DNA of 64,000 bases from Phaeosaccion multiseriatum (taxonomy: Eukaryota; Protista; Ochrophyta, other classes): positions 2,976,001 to 3,040,000 of the forward strand of contig OZ218958.1 in assembly GCA_965112735.1 (NCBI GenBank), read 5' to 3'. Below the pieces are notes generated by a model. The model saw only the letters and a program-made list of their open reading frames with translations. It was not told where the DNA came from and searched no databases. The position numbers and the translations under genes were made by a program. This document shows, one piece after another, positions 8,490-21,022 of this stretch. How positions within the stretch are numbered: position 1 is the first letter of the stretch; every line of letters starts with the position of its first letter.

Positions 8490-11400
8490 CAGGCCGGGCC
8501 AGGCCAGGCCACCAGATCAAACGAGTGGGAAAGAGGAGTCCGTGAGCGTATTTGGCTTGGCCTCTTGGCCCTCCATGCTCTCTCTCCTCTGCTCTCCCTC
8601 GTGTTTGTTGTTCAACTCATCTCTCCTCGTGCTTGTTGCTGCTTACCTTGGGCAGCGTCCCCAGGGGGGAGGTTGGTCTTGTGCCAGAGGGTGGCGTCGT
8701 AGGGCATCTCTCCCCTGTTGCGGGGGGTGGGCGAGGGGTTGGGTGAGGTATGGCCAGGTGTGGAGCAACGACAGAAACCCAGCGCACACGCACACACGCA
8801 CACACGCACACACGTACACACACAAGCAAGTAGGACCTTCCGTGAAACAAGTTGTGAAGTCCACACACTACAACCTTCCTCCACTCCCCCCCTCTCTCCC
8901 TTCGTCCCTCCCTCCCTCCCTCTCTGGCCCATGTCCCTCTCACTCACCCTCTTCCGCTGTTGATGAACTGCGTCAGAGGCGACGGCGGGCGATTGCCCCA
9001 CTCCATCGTCGCGGAGAAAGTCTCTCCAAGCCCCACCGTCTCCGGAGAGTATCCGGTCTGTTGCAGCCTCCGCCTCAGGTCCTGACGCACCGGAGGGGAG
9101 AGCCGTATTCAGGGAGAGAGAGAGGGAGTGGGCGAGGGGAGGGAGGGAGGGGGGGAGGGAGGGAGGAAGTGAGGGAGGGAGGGAGAGTGGAACGGAGAGA
9201 TACAGGGAGGGAGGGAGGGAGGGAGGGAGGGAGGGAGGGAGGGAGGGAGGGAAAATCTGTCCTTAGACCTCTGTGAGTGCGTGAGCGTCCTCCTTACGTA
9301 AGCATGCGTGTGTACCTGCATGCTTCCCGACGAGGAGGGGGTGCCCCGGGTGGTGACGAGCTTACCCCTGGCTGTCTGTGTGTGTGCGTGCGTGTGCTGC
9401 GTGTGCCCTCCACGCCGAGAGGCTGCATACACACAGAGCAGGGAAGGGTGGAGGGGGGCGTCAGGGCCATGCGCGCACGCCCGTAGGCATTGGGTAAACC
9501 GGCAGGCAAGAAGAGGGCACAATCTTACACCTTGATGTGCTGTAAGAACAGGAGTGTATACAGCATACACATGCTCTGATATGCTCTGCGGCTGAAAGTG
9601 AGGGCCCTCCCCCCCCCCCTCGAATACACAGTCTGCCTGGACAGTTTCAGTTTTCATTTCAGTTTCAGTGTCAGATGATTGGGTACAGTACTCACTTTGC
9701 CTGGAGGAGGCGGCGGTGTAGTCAGACTGCATCCGACGGAGCTCTCTGTGAAGTGCCATCTGTGTAACCGCCTCCTCCGCGATGGTGTCTGGGGAGGGGG
9801 AAGAGGGGGAGGAGGGAGGCAGAACCCAAACCGAGACAAAGCGCACACACACACACACACATATATATTCGAGGAGAGTTGGGGGCATAGAGGTGAGGTG
9901 TACGGGAATAAGACTTTTAATGCTGACCAGTGGGCAACAACAACGGCTACCCACCACCACCACCACCGCCACCACCATTGGTTGCCATCCCACCCCCTCT
10001 CTCACCGTCCTTGGCCACGACGTCTCTCTTGAGCTTGAGCACTCCCTCCTTGGTGAGGACCATCTCCTCGTGCTGCGCATCCATCTCCCCCCTGAGGGCC
10101 GCGTTCACCTTCTTCTGCGCCGTCAGCTCCACGTCCTTCAGCTGGGAGTGAATGAGTGAGTGAGTGCGTGTGTGGGTGCGCGGGTGGGGTGGATGGGTGT
10201 GTGCGTGGGTGCGTGGGTGGGTGGGTGGGTGGGTAGGTGGATGTGTTTCGAAAGGCGTATTTCCCCATTTGGTTGAGTTCATTGTGAGCGAAGGGGCATG
10301 ACGAGAGGAAGGGGGGGAGGTGACAAGAGAGGATTGCCTGCCTTCGGTGGCATGACACATTTCTATGCGAGCATAGGTAAGCTTCCGTCACTACTCAAGT
10401 CAACCCGCGTTGAGATGGCGTGCATGTTATGTCTCCATCCATGCCTCTGCTCCCGTGCTGACAGGGGTGGGTGAGGCCAAAAGGCACACGCAGTCCTCAC
10501 CCTGAGCTTCGCCTCCATGTCCCGTACACGTGCCTCGGCCTCTAACCACTTGGTCTCTGCATCCTGCACAGTTTGATTCTAAAGGAAGGGATAAGAGAGG
10601 AGGAGGAGGAGGAGGAGGAGGAGGAGGAGGAGGAGGAGGAGGAGGAGGAGGAGGAGGACGTGAGAAGAGCTCAATATGTTCGAGCAGAGGGAGGGAGCAA
10701 GCAGGACAGAGAGCGCAGCGCATTAAGTGTTCGAGTCGTTGGGGACACAAACAATGAGCACATGTGCTCCATGAAACGCCTTGCAATACACCAAAGCGTG
10801 TCATCCCCGCTCGTCCCTTCCCCTCTCACACCCTCTCTTTCGGTCCTGTTCCTCTCTCACTCACTCACGCACTCAATCACTCACCGCCTCCCTCCTTCCC
10901 TCCTTCCTTCCCTCCCTCCCTCCCTCCCTCCGTCCGTCCTCTGTCCTGTCCTGCCACCTACCGCCTCCTTGCCCTGAAGCATGAGTTTGTCCGTCCGATG
11001 GAGGTCCTGGAGCCGCATGCTCCTCTCCTGCAGCCACCGCTCCTCACTAAGCTTGGCCTTGCCTTCGAGCTTGGTACGGTGCTCCAGTAGCCCCCCAAGG
11101 TCGTGCTTCAGCGTCGATATCTGTGAGGGCCGGGAGGTCCAGCGGAAGGGAAGGGGGGGGTGGGGTGAATGAGGGCAAGGGAGGCCTTACACAGCCAAGC
11201 TCGTATCGGCCATCTCTCTCGTAAGGGTTGACGACGGAGGATTCTTCACAAAGACAAACAGATCTGGAGGCATATGGTGGGCACACACACAGAGACAGAC
11301 AGACAGATAGAGAGGCACATGCGGAGACGGGCAGACAGGCAGACAGACACAAAACAGATGGGATGGAAAATTGAAGGCATTGGCTAAGCACCCACCTCGT

Positions 11401-12518
11401 GCTCCATGAGGCGCATGCGCTTCTTCTGCCCCTCCCTGGCCACGTTCTCGATCTTCGCGGCCTTGTCGTAGCGAGCCACCTTGGCGAGGGCTTGCACATG
11501 CTGTGGGGAGAGGGGAGGGGGGGGGGGGGTGAGGAGAGAAAAGTTGAGGACGAGAAAAGATAAATACGTGGTGCGGAGAGAAAGAGTGAGAGGGGAGGGA
11601 GGGAGTGAAAATGGGTGCGGGGAAAGAGAGGATGAGAAGAGAGAGAGGATATGGTGACCTGCAGAGAGAGAGTATGAGAGGGGAGTGCAAAGAAGAGTGA
11701 AAAGAAGAGTGTAGCACCCTTGTGCGCGAGCAATGGGATGGATGTACGCGTACCCACCTCAGATTTCAGTACCGATAAACTCTCCTCGAGCGCGTCTGCC
11801 CTCCGAACACTTTGGCTCAGCTTCGCTCGCACGGCCTCCTGCACCGAGCGGGTTGAGAGATGGGTAGACGCAGAAGCAAGCACAGAATGGATGGATGGAT
11901 GGTCGGATAACATCAGAGCGACTGGCTCCTAACCCAAAAGGATGATGAAGCTCGCCCGAATCAGAGTCTGAGGGAGAAAGAGAGCGAGCGCCAGAGCGAG
12001 AGGAGCGCGAGGGGCCCCACTCCACCTTGGTGCTTTTCCGTACCGCTTCTTGATCGAGGTCAGCGTGCCCGCTCCTGTACACCTTGATGTCGCGCTCCTG
12101 AGCTTCGTAATCCTCCTAGAACGAGGAGAGAATGGAGAGGGAAAGGCAAGAAAGGGTTGGGGAGGAGGAGGGAGGGGAGGAGAGGACAATACAAGGGGAC
12201 CAGCCAAGAGAAGAGAGTAGACTGGATGATGAGGCAGGATGGTATAGGGAAGGAGAAGGGGGGTAGTAGGAACCATCCTGATGTGTCTGCTTTGCTCGTG
12301 AACCAAGAAAGAAAGGCTAGACTCCCTGAGCTTCTCCTCCGGCCTTCGGTGCTCGAGCCATCGCCACTCGCGTCTATGCTATGTATATTGATATCGTATA
12401 TTTCTCGCGCCCCTCTTTACTATTTACGACCCACCTGTAAGCGCTTGTACTTTGTCTCCACCTTCTCCAGCTCCTCCAGCCTCTTTCGGAGACGGCCCAG
12501 GTCCGCCTTGGTAGCCAT
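7697..12518 (-). CDS. Multi-exon (about 14 exons) coiled-coil protein, copy 1
   Basis: GT-AG exons join in frame: MATKADLGRLRKRLEELEKVETKYKRLQ / HRREWRW... / EDYEAQERDIK... / EAVRAKLSQS... / HVQALAK... / ISTLKHDL... / DAETKWLE... / LKDVELTAQKK... / ... / ADSTLSVAGSLFVGRGLRLKK...PPW*. Confidence 0.7.
7965..8120. repeat. Intronic (TCAG)n compound microsatellite (present in all four coiled-coil gene copies)
   Basis: Directly visible. Confidence 0.9.
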
Positions 12519-12726
12519 TCCTGCCGCCTGCATATTGCAGCCCCATCACAGACGGGCTCAAGATCGGCTCAATCAAGAAGGGTCACAGTTTCAGGATTCC
12601 CAACTGTGATTGGACAACCACACACTCACTCGATGCCAATGCGGGAGGTTTGATCGTCCGCCGCTGAGTCCCTCCATCTCGCTCTCCGAGCACGAGAGGC
12701 CATACATATACACTGCTTCTGGCTCA

Positions 12727-14277
12727 TCAGTCCTCGCAGTCGCAGGGGTGCCCATTGGCATGCACCCACTGCTTGATCTCCTCAAAGACACTGCCCCTGA
12801 CGTCCCACTGTCCACCTGCGTCCTCATCCTCTCTCCTGATGGCCTCTGGACAGACACTCTCGTCCCACGGACAGCCCACCTCTTCTGAGCGGAGCCACTG
12901 CAGCATTTCCAGGCTCTTGCTATATTTAACTGCACATCTGCAAGCGTCAGGGGTCCAATCACAAAGCTCACTCGCATTGGCATGCAGCCACCGCAGAGCG
13001 TCAAAACGGCCGAAAATGGCAGCAGTCAGAGCTCCCCTCCTCCACGAACTGCCCTCCTCCGCTCCCTCCAGCTCAGCCCTGACCTTGGGACTGTTCAGCA
13101 GCCATGCCAGCACAGAGAGGTGCCCATTCCTAACAGCAGAGATCCAATTCCAGTGCTGAAAGGGCGCATTCACGTCATCCAACAGAAGCCACTCCATCAG
13201 TTGCAAGTCCCCCCTCCGCGCAGCAGCATCGCAGACCCTCCAATCCCACGGGCATATCCCCTCCTTGCTGTCAGCCGAGTCCTCTGAGCGCAGCCACTTG
13301 AGCACACGCAGGCTGTGCCGCTCGTTTCTCGATGCCGATTCGCACACCTCCTTATCCCAGGCACAGCCCATGTGATGGAGGGCCTTGCACATGCCCACAT
13401 CTCCATACTGAGCAGCGGCCCTGAACGTTTTGACGGTAAGCTCGTAGCCGTGCCTCCTGGCCCAGTACACACGATCGATGGAGGCAACTACACTTGCTTG
13501 GCTCGTCGTGGCTGCGTACTCCACCATGTAATACCCCCGCCACTCCTTGCACACCGTCGCCACGAAAGCGTACTCCCCCTTTCCCACGAGCTCCATCACC
13601 TTTGCATACACTTCCTCCATACCAAAGGCGCTGGCACAGGCGCCCGAGCCAGGAAGGGGAAGTCGATGAGAGGCAGCACGTCCGCCATCTCCACCCTTTC
13701 TTCCGGAGGTCGAACGTCGCCGCTTTCCACCCCCCTTCCTGTCTCTCCCTGCCTTCCCCTCCTCCACCTCAGCGTCAGGATTGTGGGGGCCGCGGCTTCT
13801 GGGCGCTGCTGAGGGTTGTACTTCGAGGCGGAGGAGGATCACTTCCTTCTGCCTCTCCAGGGCCCTCTCTTTTGTCCTCTCGTCCAATAACTTTGCCTCC
13901 TTCTCCATCTCGCGTACCTTATCGTCCCTCTCGTGAGCCTTCTCTTTCGCCTTCTCGTCCCTCTCGTGAGCCTTCTCTTTCGCTTTCTCGTCCCTCTCGT
14001 GAGCCTTCTCTATCGCCTTCTCGTCCCTTTTCTGAGACTTCTTCTTCGCCTTCTCGTCCCTCTCTTTCGCCTTCTCCTCTCTCAGTTGCTTCTTCTCCTC
14101 TCTCAAAGCTTGGAGGTGCATCAGCAGCTCCTTCCTCACCCCCTCCCTCTCACCATCCGCTGCTGGTGCTGCTCCTCCCAAACTCAGACCCAGGTAGCTG
14201 CCCTGCGCGCTCAACGCCTGCTCCACTGCCTCCTCCTTCCTGCTCACTGCTGCGATACTTGCATGTATGTCCTCCAT
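12727..14277 (-). CDS. Ankyrin-like repeat protein, subtype B1, 516 aa, with expanded 11-aa coiled-coil repeat
   Basis: Intact ORF paralogous to A1, carrying ERDEKAKEKAH tandem repeats. Confidence 0.85.
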   Translation of the reverse strand: MEDIHASIAAVSRKEEAVEQALSAQGSYLGLSLGGAAPAADGEREGVRKELLMHLQALREEKKQLREEKAKERDEKAKKKSQKRDEKAIEKAHERDEKAKEKAHERDEKAKEKAHERDDKVREMEKEAKLLDERTKERALERQKEVILLRLEVQPSAAPRSRGPHNPDAEVEEGKAGRDRKGGGKRRRSTSGRKGGDGGRAASHRLPLPGSGACASAFGMEEVYAKVMELVGKGEYAFVATVCKEWRGYYMVEYAATTSQASVVASIDRVYWARRHGYELTVKTFRAAAQYGDVGMCKALHHMGCAWDKEVCESASRNERHSLRVLKWLRSEDSADSKEGICPWDWRVCDAAARRGDLQLMEWLLLDDVNAPFQHWNWISAVRNGHLSVLAWLLNSPKVRAELEGAEEGSSWRRGALTAAIFGRFDALRWLHANASELCDWTPDACRCAVKYSKSLEMLQWLRSEEVGCPWDESVCPEAIRREDEDAGGQWDVRGSVFEEIKQWVHANGHPCDCED

Positions 14278-14539
14278 GATGGAATCGTAAGACAAAAAGG
14301 CCGATTGTTTGTTGCCCCCCCCCGTTGCTTCCAGCCCTCGGAGCTGTGAGCCCTCAACGAATCTAGCACCAACACGTCAAGTCAGGTCCTTTGACCATTC
14401 CCCCCCTGATTCCCGATCAGTCTACACCACCCCACCACAGTGAAGTAGCGCAGTGACGCTGGAAAGGGGGAAGGAGAGAGAGAGTACATTGAAGGGCACC
14501 ACGTCGAAGGGAGGTGAAACGAAGGGGGGTGGCATCGTG

Positions 14540-16149
14540 ATGGAAGAAAGTCGTCAAGAGACTGATGGAGCGGGGGGGAATTTGCTAGAGCGCACCAATC
14601 TCAGCAGCAGCGGGCCGGCGGCATTGAGGGTGGTTGCTGGCCGTGTTTCGAACAAGGCTCTGTGGGGCGTATGCAAGGAGGTCGACAAGTTAACCTCCCG
14701 CGCTTTGGTGATCAACGCCGACATGCCCCAAGCTGTCCAGTCGCGTGTGCTGAGTATGCTGAAGCAGCAGCAGCAGCGGGAGCGCGAGGAGACTCAACGC
14801 CTTGCTGCGGCTTCCTCTCCTCGTCCCGCCTCCATGCAGGGAAGACATGCCGGGGAAGGGTTTCGAAGGTCGGGGAGGATTAGGGCGAGGCAGCCGGACC
14901 ATGGTATGGCGGGCTCCTTTCGCGTCAAGGCGGTGCGCCTCGGTATCCAACGTGAAGACGCTGACGAGCTGACTCCTGCTGATGGGGCTCTTGCTCTCAA
15001 AGTGTTGGCACTGCTGCCACTCTTGGTCAAGCGTGTGGGTTTTCGGAGTTCTTCGATGCGTGCCGCGTTGTTGTACCGAGCGGCGTGGAGGAGGTGGAGT
15101 TTGCACGGGACTCAAGGTTCAAGAGGTCAATCGTTCTCCCTTCCTCACTGAAGAAGGTCAGTTTTGGAAAAGCCTTCAATCAGGCTGATTTGGTGCTGCC
15201 AAGCTCTCTGGAGGAGCTGAAGTTTGCGCGGGACTCAAAGTTCAACAGGCCAATCGTTCTCCCTTCCTCACTGAAGAAGGTCGCCATTGGAAGGTATTTT
15301 GATCAGGCTGATTTGGTGTTGCCAAGCTCTCTGGAGGAGCTGGGGTTTTCAGAGTACTCAAGGTTCAACAGGCCAATCGTTCTCCCTTCCTCGCTGAAGA
15401 AGGTCACTTTTGGAGAACTCTTCGATCAGGCTGATTTGGTGCTACCAAGCTCTCTGGAGGTGCTGGAGTTTTCATGGGACTCAGAGTTCAACAGGCCAAT
15501 CGATCTCCCTTCCTCGCTGAAGATGGTCACTTTTGGAGAACTCTTCGATCAGGCTGATTTGGTGCTACCAAGCTGTCTGGAGGGGCTGGAGTTTGCAGCT
15601 GCCTCAGAGTTCAACAGGCCAATCGATCTCCCTTCCTCACTGAAGAAGGTCATTTTTGGATTCCTCTTCGATCAGGCTGATTTGGTGCTACCAAGCTCTC
15701 TGGAGGAGCTGGAGTTTCCATGGACCTCAGAGTTCACCAGGCCAATCGTTCTCCCTTCCTCGCTGAAGAAGGTCACTTTTGGAGAACACTTCGATCAGGC
15801 TGATTTTGTGCTACCAAGCTCTCTGGAGGTGCTCAAGTTTGCACGGGAATCAGCGTTCAACAGGCCAATCGTTCTTCCCCCCTCGCTGAAGAAGGTCGCT
15901 TTTGGAGATGGATTCAATCAGCATGTGGTCCTTCCCAATGGTGTCGAGGAGGTACGCATGGGGCGTGACTTTAACCTCCCCCTGGACCTCCCTCCCTCTC
16001 TGCGGACTCTTACACTGAGTCCTGAATACTCCTGCCCTCTTCCGAGCCTACCTGCTGGGCTGAGGGAGCTTATGGTGGGGATGGGGTTCCCTCTGCCTGC
16101 AGATCGACCCGAGGGGCTTCAGGTACACTACCATGCACATTATTTTTAA
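14540..16149 (+). pseudogene. FNIP-repeat protein copy 3, frameshifted
   Basis: GGG at 15037-15039 where paralogues have four bases splits the gene into ORFs 14453-15151 and 15085-16149. Could be a homopolymer sequencing error. Confidence 0.75.
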
Positions 16150-16412
16150 CACTCGATTTGCGTAAGAATCGCCCAAATCGCCCGTTTTTTAGAAGTCGGG
16201 CGGCATGGGGGAGTGCTCTTGCAGAAATGCTTAAAAACAGTAATTAAGTAAGTGATGAAAGCCGAAAGACTATGTGTCGGTAGGCATCTCAAAGAGCTAT
16301 TTTGCTATTTTGCTATTTACGAAGAGCTATAGCGCTTCTCCCAGCGTCAATTTGCGGACTTCGTGAAAACATTATTGGGGGCGATTTGGGCGATTCTTAC
16401 GCAAATCGAGTG
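16150..16412. mobile_element. 263-bp MITE with perfect 34-bp TIRs and TTAA duplication (piggyBac-like)
   Basis: TTAA|CACTCGATTTGCGTAAGAATCGCCCAAATCGCCC...GGGCGATTTGGGCGATTCTTACGCAAATCGAGTG|TTAA; absent from the other five paralogous sites. Confidence 0.9.
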
Positions 16413-17872
16413 TTAAAAAAAATAAAAAAGAGAGAGATTGACAGTGTACCAACCGCATGGGTCCGCGGGAGCGGAGGCGAAAGTGAGCCCTGCCATCTTA
16501 CCCCCCTCCCCCCTCCCCCCCACCCCCTCCACTCCTCCCTTCGGCAGCGGTGCGACAACCCAGTGCCTTCTTGGACTATCTTTGTCATCCTCACTGCTTG
16601 CCTGCTCTCAGAGTGTCTGCAGGCCCAAGCCTCGACTCGCCCACGCCAAGAGAGAGTCCACGAAGGCTGCCACCGTCTGCCGCTGCGGCCACGTGAGGCG
16701 CGCCCTCTCTTCCTTGAGCACAAGGGCAATCTCCACGCTCGAAGCTTGACGCTGCTGCTGCACCACCAACTGTCGCTGCTGGCGCCGGGGCTGACTGTGC
16801 TGGAGGCTGTTTGCCGCAGCGGTGCCCTCAGTGGCAGCAGACGGGGCGACGGAGAGGAGTGTCACCAGCAGCAGAATAGGGGCGGCATCGTCCTCGTCTT
16901 GCTCGCCGCCCCCGTCCGGGCCTCCCTCAGCCTCGCCATTGCCCGCACCAGCATCAGGTCCACGTGCACCGGCACCATCGTCCCCTCCCGAAGCCGCGGG
17001 ATGCTCCCCTTCAAACCGCCGCCATGGCCCCATGTGCTCCGCCCCTGCCAGACCGCCCGCCCCTACCTCCTCCCCTTGGACCCGGGGCAGCACCAGCAGT
17101 TGGTGAGAGCCCACCCTCAGAGCCGAGTGGGCCGTGCCCCCCTGGGCCACGTGTGTGAACCACGTCCTCCAATCCAGCCCAACGTCGGTGTGCAGGAGCA
17201 CTTGGAGGCGAGGATCAAGCTTCTCCAGCAGCACAAGCACGGAGAGAGACTTGAGCAACTCCAGCTCCTGCTGGCTCATGGAGGAGGAGAAGGAGGAGAA
17301 GGAGGGGTTGGCGACAACATTGTCCAGCGTCAAGCCGCCCTCGAAGCCACTGTCACCACTGGTGCAACTATCGTCGCTACTGACATTCTTCCAATCTCCT
17401 TCTCCTCCCTCCTCCTCCTCCTCCTCCTCCTCCTCTCCGTTGGTCTTCTCCACCCCAGCTGGTGTCTGTGCTGCTTCCTCACCTGTCCCTCTTCCACTGC
17501 TGCTGCTACCCCCTCCCCCCATCCATCATTCCCTCTCCCTCATCCACCTGGTTCAAATCCGGTCAATTCTGCACCATGCTCTCTCCACCTGTCTCCCTGC
17601 CGCGAGGGAGCGGGAAAGAGCGGCAACAGCCAAACACAAGACCAAACAAATGGACGCACAGCCAACGCACAACCAACCCGTCAAGTAACGTACCCCCCTG
17701 GAGAGAGAGCCTCGACTCTGAGGGGCCACAACAAAGAGTGCACGAATGAATGAGCTTTACAGCTTTCAGTCTAACCCCCCATCCACTGCCACCCGCCGCC
17801 GCCGCTCCTTGCACACACACGCACGCACATACACATACACACTCTCTCACACACACACCTATCTGTATGTAC

Positions 17873-18028
17873 CTTGGGCATCTCCCGCTTGTCGAAGTAC
17901 ACGTATTGGTTGATGATCTCCGTAAAGAGCTGCGCGTGGACTCCGCTGAGCGCACACGTCGGCGATGTTGAGAGAGCATGGCAAGCACTCCAGCACACGC
18001 CGGCAGTCGTGGTAGTCTGAACTGCCAT
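17873..18028 (-). pseudogene. VPS35: Second copy of the frameshifted VPS35-like exon
   Basis: Near-identical to 1831-1986. Confidence 0.72.
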
Positions 18029-18307
18029 CTGAGGGGCGGAAGGGGAGAGGAGGGGGAGACAGAGGAGAGGAGAGGAGAAGAGAGGAGAGGAAAGGAGAAG
18101 AGAGGAGAAGAAAGGAGAGGAGAGGACAGGTAAGAAGAGGACAGGAGAGGACAGGACGGGGGAGGAGAGGACGGGAGAGGAGAGAAGGAGGGAGGAGAGG
18201 AGGTTAGCGGGGGGAGGGGACGGCAGAGGATAGGCGAGGACAGGAAGGCAGCAACAGGGAGCAAACAAGAAGAACATTGACCATCGATGGCCGTCAAGAG
18301 AGAAGGG

Positions 18308-18365
<58 letters not shown>

Positions 18366-19324
18366 CACGCACCTTCTTCTCGATCCGCTCGAGCCCCGCG
18401 AGCGTCTTGTCCGCCCCTGCCTGCGTCGGCCTGATCTCGGCGCGCACCCGGTTGGGCTTGGTGGCGTCTTCCTGCCACCTGAGAAGGTCAGGGGGGGGAG
18501 TGAGGGAGTGAGGAAGTGAGTGAGCTGGCTGCAGCTGGAGCTGGAGGGAGGGCCAGCATGTTCACGCCCTCCGATCCTACTCAACTCCTTCCAACCCCGC
18601 CCCCCCCCAACGCACACACACACACACACACACACACACCAAGCTCTGCTCGCTCTCATCCCCCCTCCTTTACCTGCTCGCCCTCCTCCTCATTCTACGC
18701 ACCGAAGACAAGGGGTGACTGATGGTAACTTGGGCATTGGTCTTCGTTCTGCCCCCTCCGAAGTGTCCACCCCTCCCAGCAGCAGCTGCAGCGTGGGCAT
18801 CCGCGTAGTGAGCTGCTTCTGCCTCTGCCCCAGCCTACTGACCTCACCATCCGCCGCTGTGCTCCCACACGCTGCCCAGAGCGCCTCGGAGGCTTCATCT
18901 GCAAGCCTGACCCCTGCCCGGCCTGCCTCCCCTGCACGCCACGGTTGTCGGGGCATCGAGGTCCTTGGACACTTTGGTGTTACTGAGGCCGAGGTACAAG
19001 GCGGGGAGGAAGCGCTGGTCCGACGACCGCACCACGGCCAACAGTCGAGGTCGGTTCCGCTCTGCCGCCCTTCGGGGCGTGGAAGTGTCTGTCCATGCTC
19101 TCTGTGAGGTGTCCCAGCCGCTCCCGTACACTGAGTGGTGCCCTCCCGAGCTTTCCGCGGCAGGAGCTCCATGCACGCCGCTCCCCCACAATGAAGTCGA
19201 TTTGGCGCTGTGTACGGACATGGAAACACAGCACCAACTGCTCCACATTGATCGTCCGCCGCTGCGCCCCTCCACCTCGCTCTCCGACCATGAGAGGCCA
19301 TACACATACACTGCTTCTGGCTCA

Positions 19325-20779
19325 TCAGTCCTCGCAGTCGCAGGGGTGCCCATTGGCATGCACCCACTGCTTGATCTCCTCAAGGACACTGCCCCTGACG
19401 ACCCACTGTTCACCAGCTTCCTCCTCCTCTCTCCTGATGACCTCTGGACAGACACTCCCATCCCACGGACAGCCCACCTCTTCTGAGCGGAGCCACTGCA
19501 GCATTTCCAGGCTCTTGCCTCCTTCAAGTGCCGCTCTGCATACGTCAGGGGTCCAATCACAGAACTCACGCGCGTTGGCATGCAGCCACCGCAGAGCGTC
19601 GAAATGGCCGAGAAGGGCAGCAGTCCGAGCTCCCCTCCTCCAATGGCCGAAAAGGGCAGCCTTCCGAGCTCCCTTCCTCCACCAACTGCCCTCCTCCGCT
19701 CCCTCCAGCTCAGCCCTGACCTTGGGATTGTTCAGCAGACATGCCAGCATAGAGATGTGCCCATAGTCAATAGCACAGAGCCACACATGCTCATCAAAGG
19801 GGGCGTTCACGTCATCCGACAGAAGCCACTCCACCAGTTGCAAGTCCCCCCTCCCCGCAGCAACATTGCAGACCTCCACATTCCACGGGCATTTCCCCTC
19901 CTTGGTGTCAGCCGAGTCCTCTGAGCGCAGCCACTTGAGCACATGCAGGCTGTGCCGCTCGTTTCTCGATGCCCCTTCGCACACCTCCTCATCCCAGGGA
20001 CAGCCCATGTGATGAAGGGCCTTGCACAGGCTCACATCTCCATACTGAGCAGCGGCCCTGAATGTTTCGACTGTAAGCTCGTAGCCGTGCCTCCTAGCCC
20101 AGTACACACGATCGATGGAGGCAACTACACTCTTTTGGCTTGTCTTGGCTGCGTGTTCCACGATGTAGTACCCTCTCCACTCCTTGCACACCGTCGCCAC
20201 GAAAGCGTACTCCCCCTTTCCCACGAGCTCCATCACCTTTCCATACACTTCCTCCATACCAAAGGCGCTCGCACAGGCGGCCGAGCCAGGAAGGGGAAGT
20301 CGATGAGATGTAGCACGTCCAATGGTTCCACTCTCTCCGCCGGAGGTCGAACGTCGCCGCTTGCTTCCCCCCCTCCTCTCTCTCCCTGCCTTCCCGTCCT
20401 CTACCTCAGCGTCCGGATTGTGGGGGCCGCGGCTTCTGGGCGCTGCTGAGGGTTGTACTTCGAGGCGGAGGAGGATCAGTTCCTTCTCTCTCTCCAGCGC
20501 CCTCTCTTTTCTCTTCTCGTCTAATAACTTTGCCTCCTTCTCCATCTCGCGTAACTTCTCGTCCCTCTCGTGAACCTCCATTCTCATTTGCTTCTTCTCC
20601 TCTCTCAAAGCTTGGAGGTGCATCAACAGCTCCTTCCTCACCCCCTCCCTCTCACCATCCGCTGCTGGTGCTGCTCCTCCCAAGCTCAGCGCCAGGTAGC
20701 TGCCCTGCGCGCTCAACGCCTGCTCCACTGCCTCCTCCTTCCTACTCACTGTTGCGATACATGCATGTATGTCCTCCAT
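19325..20779 (-). CDS. Ankyrin-like repeat protein, subtype A2, 484 aa
   Basis: Intact ORF, same length as A1. Confidence 0.85.
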   Translation of the reverse strand: MEDIHACIATVSRKEEAVEQALSAQGSYLALSLGGAAPAADGEREGVRKELLMHLQALREEKKQMRMEVHERDEKLREMEKEAKLLDEKRKERALEREKELILLRLEVQPSAAPRSRGPHNPDAEVEDGKAGRERRGGSKRRRSTSGGESGTIGRATSHRLPLPGSAACASAFGMEEVYGKVMELVGKGEYAFVATVCKEWRGYYIVEHAAKTSQKSVVASIDRVYWARRHGYELTVETFRAAAQYGDVSLCKALHHMGCPWDEEVCEGASRNERHSLHVLKWLRSEDSADTKEGKCPWNVEVCNVAAGRGDLQLVEWLLSDDVNAPFDEHVWLCAIDYGHISMLACLLNNPKVRAELEGAEEGSWWRKGARKAALFGHWRRGARTAALLGHFDALRWLHANAREFCDWTPDVCRAALEGGKSLEMLQWLRSEEVGCPWDGSVCPEVIRREEEEAGEQWVVRGSVLEEIKQWVHANGHPCDCED

Positions 20780-21022
20780 GATGGAATCGTAAGACAAAAA
20801 GGCCGATTGTTTGTTGCCCTCCCCTCTTGCTTCCAGCCCTCGGAGCTGTGAGGCCTCTACGAACCTAGCACCAACACGCACGTCAAGTCAAATCAGAAAT
20901 TTCGAAATTTCATCTTTCATCAGTCGGTCTACACCACTATAGGTATCGCAGAGACGCTGGAAAGGGGGAAGGAGAGAGAGAGTACATTGAAGGGCCGAAG
21001 GAAGGGAAGAAGGGGGGGGGGG

